DNA of 62,881 nt, filler included. It is 11 parts of 11 records of this genome, joined end to end, with 100 filler letters (N's around TTAATTAATTAA, not from the genome) between each part and the next. Parts side by side here need not be neighbours in the genome. Positions count along the whole stretch, not along the records: positions 26,261 to 39,692 come from SRR15195285_4797; positions 39,793 to 44,059 come from SRR15195285_4801; 9 more parts are not named here. One strand, written 5' to 3'. Positions 32,501-44,159 of the stretch are shown here, piece by piece. Each line of letters starts with the position of its first letter. The stretch's first letter is position 1. The translations under genes and the position numbers were made by a program. The notes under the pieces are model-generated. The model had not been told where the DNA came from and made no database searches. It saw nothing but the letters and a program-made list of their open reading frames with translations.

Positions 32501-35500
32501 GTTCAACGTTAGGCCCCAGAGTTCGTGTGTCTTGATTTCAAGCACAAGTCCCAGCGCAAACCGGACAGCGTCAGTATTGATTGAGATGTAAAAGTCATCA
32601 TATGTCGTCAGCTGGTCAACACCGAGCTCAGCTATGTGATTCAACTTCAATAGGACGTGTGCAGATACTCCAATGCTCCCCGTCATCACCGATGTGTCGA
32701 GGCGATGGTTCCCAACGGGATCAAGAATGGCAAGACTGTTGCCAAGAGACGTCAGCCCTGTGAGCATGACATTGGAGATCTGGAGCTCAAAACCACCTGT
32801 TGTGATCGTGAGACTCTCCTCGCCTGGTACATGTTCTCGCATCATAATGAGCACACCGCTGCAGTTGCCGTTCAGTGAAATTCCGTTCACTTCTTCAGGG
32901 CACGGGGCACCGTCCTTAGTGGTCATGCTCTCGACGAGATCGCCCACGAATTGGTTGATCTTCGATTTGTGAATTTCAATCAACTGGTGTAGCTGTCTGT
33001 AAAACGGATTATTCACGAAGTCAATCGTTGGCGGTCGCGGCGACCCGTCTGGGTATTCGAGACGTTGTTCCTGACTTACGGCTGGACACTGTGCATTTTC
33101 TTGAAACCAGCTGGACACCACATCCGTGCCGAGGACAGATATGAGTGTGTTTAGAACACTAGGTAGGTGTGCGTGCAGCAGTGGCCTCAATAGTGCCTCA
33201 CTGCCTCGCACCAGATTTGCAATTGTGGTGCTTGCCAGCGGCAGATCGTCACCAGAGGTGCTGAAATGTGGCAGAATCTGGCTGCCTTTGCTGAACTTGA
33301 TGTCAACAAGGCTAATGTTGAACGCTTTTACGGCTGATAACGCGCAGCCAAGAGGCTGGTGCAGAATCTGGCCCAGCGTTGTGTTAAAGAGAGTGTCCAG
33401 GTCCAACCCCAGAAGCGTTGCAGCCTGCACCTCAACATCGGTAATGTGGGTAGCGATTACGATAGTCGACGTCTCTTCTGTTGTCTCCTCGACACACGAC
33501 CACCAGACATTGTACTCTTCGGCTGGCTTCTTCACATTCGTGTTGACTACCACATTGAACACAACTCCTATCTGTTGAAACGCTGCCTGGTGCAAAAAGG
33601 TCAAGTTTCCTTTCGTTCCTTGAAACAGGCTTGCGTTACGCAAGCTATTCAAACCTGTGAGTGTCACGTTCTGCAGCACCCAGTCCTGAGATGCTTCTGA
33701 CTCGAGCATGTCAGCAAAAGTGTACGCGCCGTCAACCAGTTTTTCAAACCAAGTCTTCCCATCAATCTGGTAGACAGGAAGCGGGATACGGAGCGGCATG
33801 TCGACAGCAATGGTTATGTTGCCTCCAGGAAGAGCCTCCTCGATCAATTCGTTGAGATCAGCAGCTTGGGCGTGGACATCTGTCAGCAGCAACTCCTGAG
33901 CAAAGTTCACCAACGCGTCGGCCTTTAGATTCAAAAAGTTGTACTTGCCCAGGTTGTGAACCATCCGCTGTTCGAAAGCTTGTAAAAGCGTGTCTCTTTC
34001 ACTATCATGCATCGGTCGAGCCACATCAGCAACCCCGAGGCTTGCGTAAAGATCAGTTGCATAGTCCCGCAGCTTCACGAATTCACTAGAGGCGACGAGC
34101 ACAGGCTCATTGACCAAGCTAGAAAAGGACTCGATGATACCCTCAAATGCTTCCTTGAAGCGTAGATTAGAAGTGCTCTCGTGCCAGAGGTTTTTCATGG
34201 TGGTCAGCCAGTCGGGTTTGCATTGACCTTGGATCCAGTCACAACTTCCTGCCGCTGCGCACTCTTTCTCAGTGCGAGCAACGTTATAATCCCTGCAGTC
34301 ACAATCATTCCCATTGCACTCCACGACTGCAGCAAACACTCCTAGGTTCAATCCGAAATATACACGCAAATGCTCGAAAACTGACTCCCAGCACTGCAGG
34401 TTAGTTACTTGTGACAGGGCCAAATCAGCTAACTTCTGCAAGTTGAGACCAAGCGCGGCGTCCAGAAATGCGTGCACGCCGTGTGCAGATAGCGTCAGCG
34501 TGAGGTTGTGAGTAGTCATCGTGGTATTTTGTGTCGTCGGAGCAAATCGCTTATCTTGACGCTCCAGTAGATTACCAAAAATGTCTCGCACCAAACTTCC
34601 TGAAGCAGTCCCTACCTGCATGTCTAGTTTCACCACACATGGCTCTGTCGAGGTGCCAAGCCTTAAATCGGTCCGTAATGAATCGTCAAAAGGGCGCAGC
34701 AAGTTGACATCATAAGCACGTGCAAGACCACTCAAGGTGACTGCATCGACCATGAATTTCACTGTGCTGCCTGAAATATTGACTAGGTGGTCAAACCTGT
34801 GGCCATCAAGCCAAACGATCGAGTCACTGAGCAATGGTGGCCACCCAGTCACCTGGTCTGGTATGGTTGCCGTCTGAAATGCACACCGGATCTGCTCCCA
34901 TGGGAGAACTTTTTTTGCCACAATCTGCTCGATATTTGACCACAAATCACAGGCAAAACTATCGTCTGGACACTTGTTGTTCTCTTGCAGATGATCCTGG
35001 AAGACCGTGAACGAAGGCTGTGTCAGGTTGCAATAATTATGCTCATCTGGTGTAGTGCCTGCAGTGCCGTCCTTTGCAAGCAGCGCTGTAAGGTTAAGTA
35101 ATTTCACGGAGCCATTTTGGAAGCCTAAGTCGCCATCAGCTGCAGCCGATAAACTATTACACTGGCTGCGCATTTTCTCGAAATACCATTCTGCGCCTTT
35201 ATTGAATGTGTCTCTATAGCATTCGCTGCCCAGCACTGATTGGAGCCTCTGCGTCAATACAGGCTCTGCAATGCAAATGGCAGCCGCCATAGAAGAACCC
35301 AGAACAGCTGCTGCGGGTGACTGCAACGGTAGACCTGTGATCGCCACGTTAGGCGTCGAGACATCGCTGACGCTCGCCCAGCTGTTTGTGAGTGCAGAAC
35401 TACTGATGCTGCCGAGAGCGCACGCGACTACACTTTTTTCATGTTTGCTGAAGAGTGGTGCCAGTTTCAACCGTTCTAGTGCGGTCATATTGACTGCTAT

Positions 35501-38500
35501 CATTGTAGCAGCGATCGCTTTGACTTCGTGGATGGTTGCATTAACTTGCAGGCGATTGGTTTGGGCGTGATCGTCCGTGCACATGTTCCACTGCTGTGTG
35601 CCCATTGTTAACCCAGTATTGTTGACGCAGGTATTGTTGGCCGGTTGATCCAGCACTGTTGACCCAGGTACACAGCAGGTGCCCTCGGCATGGTCGATCC
35701 AATTCGTCAGCGAGAGTCCTGCGGAAAGCTCTAGGCGCTCCAAAGTAGCTGTGTGCCACAAGGTGTACTGACCAGGCTTGTGTGAAGGGCCAAGCGAGAA
35801 GCCATGGCTGCTGCACTCAGGTGAACCCGGGCACATTTGAAGCATGTGCACAGAAGACATTGGTCCCAGTGCAACATCAAGGGTATCGAAAGTAAGGTTC
35901 AGTCCGTGACCCGGCAAGATCGAGATCGGGATTGTGCCCAATTCAGTCACAGTCAAATTGATCAGACGGCTCCAATCTGGCTCGACGAGACTGATCGAGC
36001 CTAGTGCAAAGGGTTTCTCTAGGTGCAGATCCTTGAAGCCAGACTCCGCTACGACTGTGCTAATGACAGGTGCAAGCATGTCTGTGATGAAAGCGACGTT
36101 CAGGTCCACGTACCTGGTCAAGTTGTCCTGTGGTAAGTTGCGCTCCGCTTGTAGCCAGGAATCTGACGCTTCCAGCTCATCCAAATCCCCAAACAGCATC
36201 GCTGTGAGGTTGCTGGCGACACGGTTAAGGGTGCCACAGTCTTCACTGATCCAACCTGGCGAAGCTACGCACATTTCCACACCCGTCAGAGGGTCGACTA
36301 CCTCGTACATCCAGCGTGGGCAGCGTGGACACTGTGCATGATCTCCAACGCTCGCATCAGACACGGTTTTGTCGCAAAACTCCAACCCGCTCACGCCTGT
36401 TTGTACCACCGCTGAAACACCATCGCTAATGAGGGACGCTAAGTGGTACTTGTCTGCGGTGGTAAACGCAGCAGCTCGGCGTTCAGCCTCACTTGTCGCT
36501 GCAGAGCAGCTCGTCGTACTTCCGTCATGATGACTACAGGAGACCGCGAAATGTCTCACTTCACTGATGTCAACAGTTCCACTCGCCGAAAAAAGCTCTA
36601 GCGTCTTCATCCAACAGTCAGTATTTAGCAGATCAACCAAGCGCAGTGCATGCAGCTGAACATTTGGTATGCGAAGATCGAAGTCGAAAGTCAGCCCGAT
36701 ATCTGACGCATCTATGTCGATTTGGCCAGCAGGTGTACACTTTGCCAGCAGCTGTGACGTCCAGTCTGCAGTAATTTCCCGAGGTGTAAACGGCAACGAG
36801 AATGCGTAGTAAGCTCCCGCCAGAATTGTTTGCAGACTCACATGATTGTGCAGAGAAGTCGGCTCATCAATGATACGCGCAGTTGTGCTTGCTTCCCCAC
36901 TAGCTATCAATACATCCGGTGCGGGCTCCATCACCACAGAGTCAAGCCCATGCACGTACAGGATTTCGCTATCTATGTAACTGAATGAATCCAAAGTTTC
37001 CTGCACATTTGCCGCCGTAGCTTCGGTTGATTCGCGGCCACTCGTCAGATCAGTCAGCAATGTCCTGATGGCACCCTTCGCATACGCAAGCGGAGACTCC
37101 AGTCCAGTCAGCCCATACTTTTCAAATGAGTCACCTAGGTTGAAATACCATGGGTACTTGGCCTCAGGGCCAGTACCGAAGTTTTCCTCCGTGTTCGGGC
37201 AGCATTCTCTGTTCAGCGGGTCATTGATATAGGCATACATCTTTTCGTTGATCCACTCTCGTATGGATGTCTGCATGGCGTTGTGTATAGCAGTCGAGCC
37301 CACATCCTTGTACGTGACGTAGAGACTGTGCACTAGCTGTTGTATGAACTGATCCAACCCTGCGGAAACGAACCCCCCGATCACTGGCTCCTGAATGTCG
37401 GCAAAATTGACCTCCAGCTTAGTGATCTCAGCCATCTCGATCGTAGCCATCACGCACTTCTTTCGCAGGTCTGGATCAAGTAGCTCACCGAGTGTTAGGG
37501 CGCTGACAGACTTCTGGCTGAGGGCTAGCATGCCAGCGAAGTCGATTGACAAGTCCTTCAAGCTTGCATGGATGGTCAGAGGCTCTTTCAAAACCTTGAA
37601 CCCGTTTACCATCGAGGCACCATTGCGAATCAACTCATGCTCCAAGGCACCGCCCACATTATCGGGAGCCGTGATCGTGAGAGTGAGCGCGGCATCCATC
37701 TGAAGTTCGTCCAAGGCGAAACCGCTTCCCAGGGAGTGTGTGCCGACAAACCGCAAAGGGTCGAATCGCGTGAAGTTACTGAAGCCGGAGATTGTCAGTG
37801 ACTCCACTGTGATGTCAGTGCTGATGTTGATCGCGCGTGCGTCGTTGATCTTTACTTCGGGTGAATTGGGCAATAAACCCAATTCATCTGCCCTGACCGT
37901 GTAATTGCCGTTCCATTTCGTTGTGAGTATGCTAGCCAAGTCCCCTCCCGTTGCAATCGCCAGGTCAGTGAGGTTGAGAACACCATTTGAAAGGGCACCT
38001 AGCTGAATCTTTGAGAAGAGGTCGTTGACGGCACTGGTATCCCAGCTCCCATCCTCGGCTAATTTGATCTCGGTGGGCGGAGAAGTTGCTTGGCCGATGA
38101 GTCCGCGGACGGACTCATTGACAAATCGCATGAGCCAGCTCTCTGGCAGGGATACAAGTGGTTTGCGGCACACACCATCAATCCATACGTACTCCTCTCG
38201 TCCTGTTGTTCCCCCGCACTGTTCCTGAAGTGTTGCCGCAGAGTCCAATATACGTGCGTCCCTGAGAAGAACCTGCTCACCCTCCACGGCATCACCCTCA
38301 GGCCAGCGCTGACCTCTCATCATCCCTGGCGGCCCGCGGAATCCATTTTCACTGTGACATGAGGTGTCTGTCTTTGTGCAGAGATATTCTGCTGCATCAG
38401 GGTTCACGTATGGCTCTACGACCGCAGATAGGTCCTTGATCAATCCGCCGAGCTCGTTGTTGAACAACGATGACATCTCGGTGCACATAAAAGCTCTCAG

Positions 38501-39692
38501 CAAATCCACAAGGGCACAGTCAGAGCAGACGATGTACTCCTGCAGAAAATCACCCTCACCCCAGCTCCAAGGCCACCCGAAATCGTGAACAAAGTTGATC
38601 AGACCCTCCGTGAAAGTGCCGCCGCTAGCGTCCACTTCATGCAGTGTTCCGAGACTTACTTGGCAGAATGGCTTCCTGCCCTCAAAGACGCCTCCAGGGG
38701 CGTATGGTGGCAGGAGGGCACCGTCAGAGTCCGTCATGCGCGGCTGCAAGGAGCCTGTCGCTCCAGTGCATGCTTGCTCTGGTAGGCTACGATGCAGGTA
38801 GTCTTTTCCAGCGGGAAGACAGGGAGGCTGGACTGTGAGGTTGGGCGAGCTCAGCACGAAGTCCATCTCGACCAGCGCTCGGGCAGTGTTGATCTCCACG
38901 GTCGACGAGCCGGACACTGCTGGGTCGCCCGTGCTGCAGTGGAGGTCGGTTCCATCCGCAGTAGAGGCATCAGATGAAAACATGCACCATTGAAAATCAA
39001 GCTGACACGTGAACATGACGGTGCTGGCAGAGATGGTCAATGTCACCTCGTCCTGCACCGGCTTCGTGGTCCCATTGCGCAGGACTCCGTGTCGCCGCTC
39101 AGGGCCGACCGTCGACGCCGCCAGATTCCCCAGGCTGATATCATAGCACGACAGGGAGTTTATCTGCAAGCTTATGGTCGGGACCCAGCCACCATCCCCT
39201 TCCACCTTTGCGACATCGACGAGCGAGATGTCTGGCGTGTTGATCCTCAGGTCTAGGAACAGGCGATTGAGAGCGTCGAACGGTACCCTCTCCTCACAGC
39301 CGTAGCACGTGAACGGACACAGATCCGCCACGGTGTACATGCCTCCCAGAAACCAGCCGCCACAGCCAGCCTGCCGGACGTAGTTTACAAGGTCGCTCCT
39401 CCAGCAGTGGTGAAGGTTGCTGTTGTCGTGGTCATCTTGCCACGCGAACCCAGCCTGCACGCACTCCTCCTCGGTCTGGTGCATCGTCTGGCCGGAGCAG
39501 GTGAGGCCCACGTACTCCAGAAAGCCCTGCGGGTCGTCCCGGCACTCCACATCATGCAGCATATCGGCGGTACCGCTCAGCCGTACGCCTGTATGGGTGC
39601 GCTGCAGCTCCCTCCGCGAGGCGCTCTTGGCAGCTTCTTCACCCACCGTCCTCGCGCCCTGCGAAGCCGCCGCCGCCGCCGCCGCCGCCGCC
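26562..39692 (-). CDS. Giant (>4,200 aa) membrane protein: repeated TULIP/BPI-like ectodomains, a TM helix, two PqiA/LetA-like TM domains and a cytosolic WW; probably 5'-truncated
   Basis: One exon of about 12.8 kb. PqiA signature 'LDALGKWSLIDLYVM' with a second degenerate copy 'VLHGWAAMPVFLL'. WW-like 'LPPGWTTTMWHGEVYYWNCITGQT'. An 80-nt intron 26823-26902 (GTATGC..CAG) adds a last exon ending at 26562. Confidence 0.8.
39666..39692. repeat. (GCC)n trinucleotide tract at contig end
   Basis: gccgccgccgcc... up to the spacer; the next contig also starts with (GCC)n/(GCA)n. Confidence 0.8.
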
Positions 39693-39792
39693 NNNNNNNN
39701 NNNNNNNNNNNNNNNNNNNNNNNNNNNNNNNNNNNNTTAATTAATTAANNNNNNNNNNNNNNNNNNNNNNNNNNNNNNNNNNNNNNNNNNNN
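39693..39792. other. Artificial contig spacer
   Basis: 100 nt of N with TTAATTAATTAA. Confidence 0.98.
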
Positions 39793-42073
39793 GCCGCCGC
39801 CGCCGCTGCAGCAGCAGCAGCAGCAGCAGGCTCCGCCGCCGTCGCAGCAGCAGCAGGCGCCTCCGGCGGCAGCTGCCGCGCAGCCGGGTTCCGAGTGGAC
39901 GGAGTACAAGGACGCCAATGGCAAGGCGTACTACTACAACACGGTCACCAAGGAGACCACCTGGACCAAACCTTCTGCGATGAAAGGGGAGGGCGAGGCG
40001 GCGAGCCAGTGGAAGGAGTACACCGCAGCGGATGGATCAGGGAAGAAGTACTTCTACAACACCTCGACGAAGAAGTCAGTGTGGGAAATGCCAGATGAGC
40101 TGAAGCAGATTCGCGGAGCCGCGGCCATGAGGCAGGAGCAGGCGAAGAGGGAGGAGGAAGAGGCGGCGCAGCAGGCTGCCGAGACGGCCAAGGCGATGGC
40201 CGAGGCACGTGCCAAGGCAGAAGAGCGTGCGAAGGCCGAGGCCGCGAAGAGGGCGGAGACCGAGGCGACGGAGGCGGCCGAAGCAGCCAAGGCCGCAGCG
40301 GCGGCTGGTCCCGCTGCGTCACAGTCTGCCCAAACCACAGCAGCAGCTGGCCCGGCGCCCAGCACAGCAGACACAGATGGTGGATCAAGCGCCGACTCCG
40401 CGAAGTCAAAACGCGATCAATTTCGTCAACTACTGCTCGACAAAGGAGTGCGGAGCACCTGGAGCTGGGCGCAGGCGATGGGCGCGATCATTACGGACCC
40501 TCGCTACAATCTGCTAAGCACGATTGGCGAGAAAAAGCAGGCCTTCAACGAATTTGCCAGCAGCCGGTCACGCGAGGAAAAGATTGAGGAGCGTGACCGA
40601 CGCCGCAGCAGCGCCGCAGCTTTCACTCAGGTGCGTGGGTCCTGAACGGCAGCAGCAGTTGTTTCTCGCACGTCTAAACTAACGCCCGACTTGTGGCGCA
40701 GATGCTGGAGGACTGTGCACAGATCACGCCTTCAACGACCTGGCTCGAAGCCTGCGGTATGCTGGAGGCTGATTCGCGCTTCAGCGCGGTGGAGAGCGTT
40801 CGGGACCGAGAAGAGATATTTGCTGAGCACAAGCACAAGCTTACACAGCAGGCACGCAATCTTGAGCGGCAGCAGCGCAATGAAGCGATGGCAGCGCTAC
40901 GCGACAAGATGAAAACTCAGGACTGGCTAAGTGTTGATGCAACTTGGCGTCAAGCGAAGGACGAGCTAGCGGAAGACGCCGGGTTCAAAGAGTTAGACAA
41001 GGTCGATGCGCTGCGCGTATTTGAGGACCTGATGCATGAGATGCACAGAGCAGAGGAACAGAACCTGGCACGAAAGCGACTCCTGCGTCGGAGGGCAGAG
41101 CGTAAAGCTCGAACTGATTTTCGCTCCCTTTTGGTAGAAGCGAAGCAGGCTGGGACGATCACTGCGGGTAGCAGCTGGGAATCGTGCAAGACAATACTGC
41201 AGAAAGACAGTCGTTTCTTGGCGAACGACGGGCGGGCTGGCTCTGCAGCGTGCGAGCTGTTTGACGATGTACGAGAGGTACGGCTCACCTGCAACACATG
41301 CAGTCTATCCATATGCATCGCAACGAAGCCTGTCCGGTTGTCTAATGCACTGCGGTGCGGTGCAGGAACTTGAGGTTGCGCAGGAGGCGATGCTGGAGAA
41401 AGCGAAAGCCGCGCTACGTGAGGTGGGCCTCACTGTCAGTGAAAGCACAGAGGTGGAAACGGTGGCCGAAGTCCTCACGCCAGAAGCTGGTTGGGATATC
41501 GATGATGTGGTGACAGTCCACACTGAGCTAGTCGCAGCGAGTGTTCGCGAAGCAAAGGAGGCCGCGCGTGCGAGCGCAAAGAAAGAGGAACGCTTCCTCG
41601 CCCTGCTGAAGGACTATGCCAAGGATAAGGAGATCACCGCCGACGACAGCTGGGGAGAATCAATGGTTGCGCTACTCGAGGGCCACTCCGCATACAAGGC
41701 GATCGACAGTGATGAACAGCGCGCAAGGCTATTTGGTGAGTTCAAGGTCAAGTTGGAAAAGAAGAAGTCAAGCAAAAAGAAATCAAGTAAAAAGTCGAAG
41801 AAGCGCAAGGGCAGTAGCCGTAAGGAGAAGCGAAAACGTGACGACAGTAGCGACGAGGAGGAAGGGGAAGTATCTTCTGACAGCGGCGATGAGGGTGCCG
41901 ACGGAGGTGGCAAGCGGCGCAAACGTGATAGTGCTAGTCCTGATGCGGGGGAGGCGGCGAGCAGTACCCTCCCGGAGGATGCGGCCATCTTGGAGGCACG
42001 GCGGAGGGAGATATTGGCGCAGCTGAAGACCCAAGACGGTCTTGTTGGTGCTACCGCAGCTAGTTCAGTGTGA
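39793..42073 (+). CDS. PRP40: Pre-mRNA processing factor 40 (2 WW plus FF repeats), 5'-truncated, at least 3 exons
   Basis: WW domains '[26 protein letters not shown]' and '[28 protein letters not shown]'. FF domain '[39 protein letters not shown]'. K/R/S-rich tail. Introns 40631-40701 and 41278-41365. Confidence 0.92.
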
Positions 42074-42160
42074 AGACAAAACTCGACCTGCGAGATTACA
42101 GACTGCCGGTTGAATTATTGCGTGGCCACACAGCAGAATTAGAGCACCGGGACCTTGCTC

Positions 42161-43999
42161 TCAGTCCAGTTCGTCGGTGTCGAGCTCTGCTAGTTTCGCT
42201 ATGGCTGCTTTAGATCCTTTCTCCGCCGCTAGCGTCAGCCACTTTCTCGCTTCCGCGTCGTCCTGCTCCACACCCTCGCCCTTCAAGAAGCGCATGCCCA
42301 TCTTCGTTTGCGCCCAGGCGTCGCCCGTCTCCGCAGACTTTCGATTCCATGTCACCGCTTCATCCACGTTCACAGGCACACCGTCACCCTTTTCGTACAC
42401 GTGCCCGAGCCAATTCATGCTGTTGGCGTGGCCCTGCTCTGCCGCTTCCTTGAAGTACTTTATTGCTTCGTCGATGTTTGCCTCGACGCCTTGGCCCTTC
42501 TTTAATCGCTGGCCGTAGCAGTACTGCGCCTCTGGATCCCCTTGGTCTGCACCGAGGTGGAAGTACGATGCTGCCTTGGCGATGTCCTTCTCGATCGGTG
42601 GGTCATCGGAGCCCGTGAGATACAGCTTGGCAAGGCCGACAGCGCCGTACTTATCGAGCAACTGGGCGTCGCTGAGCCGCCCTGCATCATCCAGCGCCCC
42701 AAGGTCGAACTGCGAGTAGAGGTCGTTCATCTTCATCAGCTCCTCCATGCGCTCCTTCTCTGTCATGGTATAGTACTCCGCCAACTGCTTCTTCGCGAGC
42801 GCTGCCCAGTCCCGTTCCGCCATCATGGCCTCGCGCATCTCTGAGACCTGCTCGATCACGAAGGCGCTACCCTCAGCTTCCCCACCTTCCATCATCCCCA
42901 CCTCTTCCACCACCCGGCGCAGCTCCAATAGCGGCGGGAGCTGGTCCGTCAGCACGTCGTTGAAGTACTTTTTCAGCCTCTCGACATTCGGCTTGCGATG
43001 GCGGTCAATGGAGTAGCCAAGGCCGCTCTGTGCGCGGCCTGCCGACATGATGATGTTGAACAGCGCCAGCCAGACTTGTGCCTCCGGCTTGCAGAGCTTG
43101 CGGTCGCCTGGCTCGCACGGGCGCCAGCGGTTGTCCTCGAAACGCTCGTACTTTGTCTTACGCTTCTTCTTTTTCTTTTTGGTGCTGCCCTCACCAACAT
43201 CTACTTCCATGACCACGGTCGACTGCTTGTTCCAGGGCTGCGAGTCGAGCAACGGCGCCAGCATCGCCACGAAATCCCAGTGTTTGACTAGCCGCTGGAT
43301 CACGCTGACGTGCAGTGATTCCATGTGGTCGGTCATGTAGCGCAGCATCGTGATGGCAATGATCGCACACTGGAAGTTTACCTCATCCAGCTGGTTCTCC
43401 AGGTTCTTCGCAGTGTCTTCGGACTCCGCGATCATCTCTTTGGTCGTTTTGGCCTTGCCCTCGCGCTTGGGCTGCTGCACCAGCCACGTTAGCTTGCGGG
43501 CGCAGTAGTCGACCAGCTCCATCAAGGTGTCGTCGCCTGCTTCGCACGCGCTCTTGTGGAAAAGGACGGCCTCGAGCAGTGCCGCGATCGTGCACTCGTG
43601 GTACAGGGCGTTGTACGCGCGGACGCTGGAGTGGTCCGTGATGTCGTCCTTGATGAGCGGCCAGACCTTGTGCTTCCACAGCTCCGCGGCGATGAGCTCG
43701 TGGATGACGATCGGTATCTTGTCGAGGTCGCACAGGCCCTCGAACACGAACTCGTCGCCGCGGTGGATGATGTTGAAGTGCGACTGCAGGTTGAGCTTCT
43801 CGAGGTACTCGTGCTGCCGAAACCACTTGGGCGAGGAGTACGCCTCCAGCCGCAGCGGCTCGAGCGCGTCGATGTACATCTCCGCCTCCGTCGCCGTGAT
43901 CTGCTGGAACTGTTCCTCCTCCTCCTCCACGCCACCGCCGCCACCACTCCCGCCCGCCAGCGGCGTGTCCCCACCCAGCATCTCGATCTTCGCCGCCAT
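42161..43999 (-). CDS. ZMYND10/DNAAF7-like N-terminal domain fused to about 4 Sel1-like repeats (no MYND finger)
   Basis: 'EAEMYIDAL..KWFRQHEYLEKLNLQSH..IVIHELIAAELWKHKVWP..LYHE..LLEAVLFH..ELVDYCARKL..EAQVWLALFN..VLTDQLPPL' follows ZMYND10. C-terminal 'AQYCYG..GQGVEANIDEAIKYFKEAAEQGH'-type Sel1 repeats. Confidence 0.82.
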   Translation of the reverse strand: MAAKIEMLGGDTPLAGGSGGGGGVEEEEEQFQQITATEAEMYIDALEPLRLEAYSSPKWFRQHEYLEKLNLQSHFNIIHRGDEFVFEGLCDLDKIPIVIHELIAAELWKHKVWPLIKDDITDHSSVRAYNALYHECTIAALLEAVLFHKSACEAGDDTLMELVDYCARKLTWLVQQPKREGKAKTTKEMIAESEDTAKNLENQLDEVNFQCAIIAITMLRYMTDHMESLHVSVIQRLVKHWDFVAMLAPLLDSQPWNKQSTVVMEVDVGEGSTKKKKKKRKTKYERFEDNRWRPCEPGDRKLCKPEAQVWLALFNIIMSAGRAQSGLGYSIDRHRKPNVERLKKYFNDVLTDQLPPLLELRRVVEEVGMMEGGEAEGSAFVIEQVSEMREAMMAERDWAALAKKQLAEYYTMTEKERMEELMKMNDLYSQFDLGALDDAGRLSDAQLLDKYGAVGLAKLYLTGSDDPPIEKDIAKAASYFHLGADQGDPEAQYCYGQRLKKGQGVEANIDEAIKYFKEAAEQGHANSMNWLGHVYEKGDGVPVNVDEAVTWNRKSAETGDAWAQTKMGMRFLKGEGVEQDDAEARKWLTLAAEKGSKAAIAKLAELDTDELD

Positions 44000-44059
44000 C
44001 CGAAGATGAAAAAAGCACGGTGGGAGGTCTACCACTCTCCTACGTACACCGTGGAAATG

Positions 44060-44159
44060 NNNNNNNNNNNNNNNNNNNNNNNNNNNNNNNNNNNNNNNNN
44101 NNNTTAATTAATTAANNNNNNNNNNNNNNNNNNNNNNNNNNNNNNNNNNNNNNNNNNNN
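44060..44159. other. Artificial contig spacer
   Basis: 100 nt of N with TTAATTAATTAA. Confidence 0.98.

Noticed and set aside
21598-42073. Apparent cluster of WW-domain genes (CHD, giant PqiA-like, PRP40)
   Set aside because: They lie on three separate contigs; adjacency comes from concatenation.
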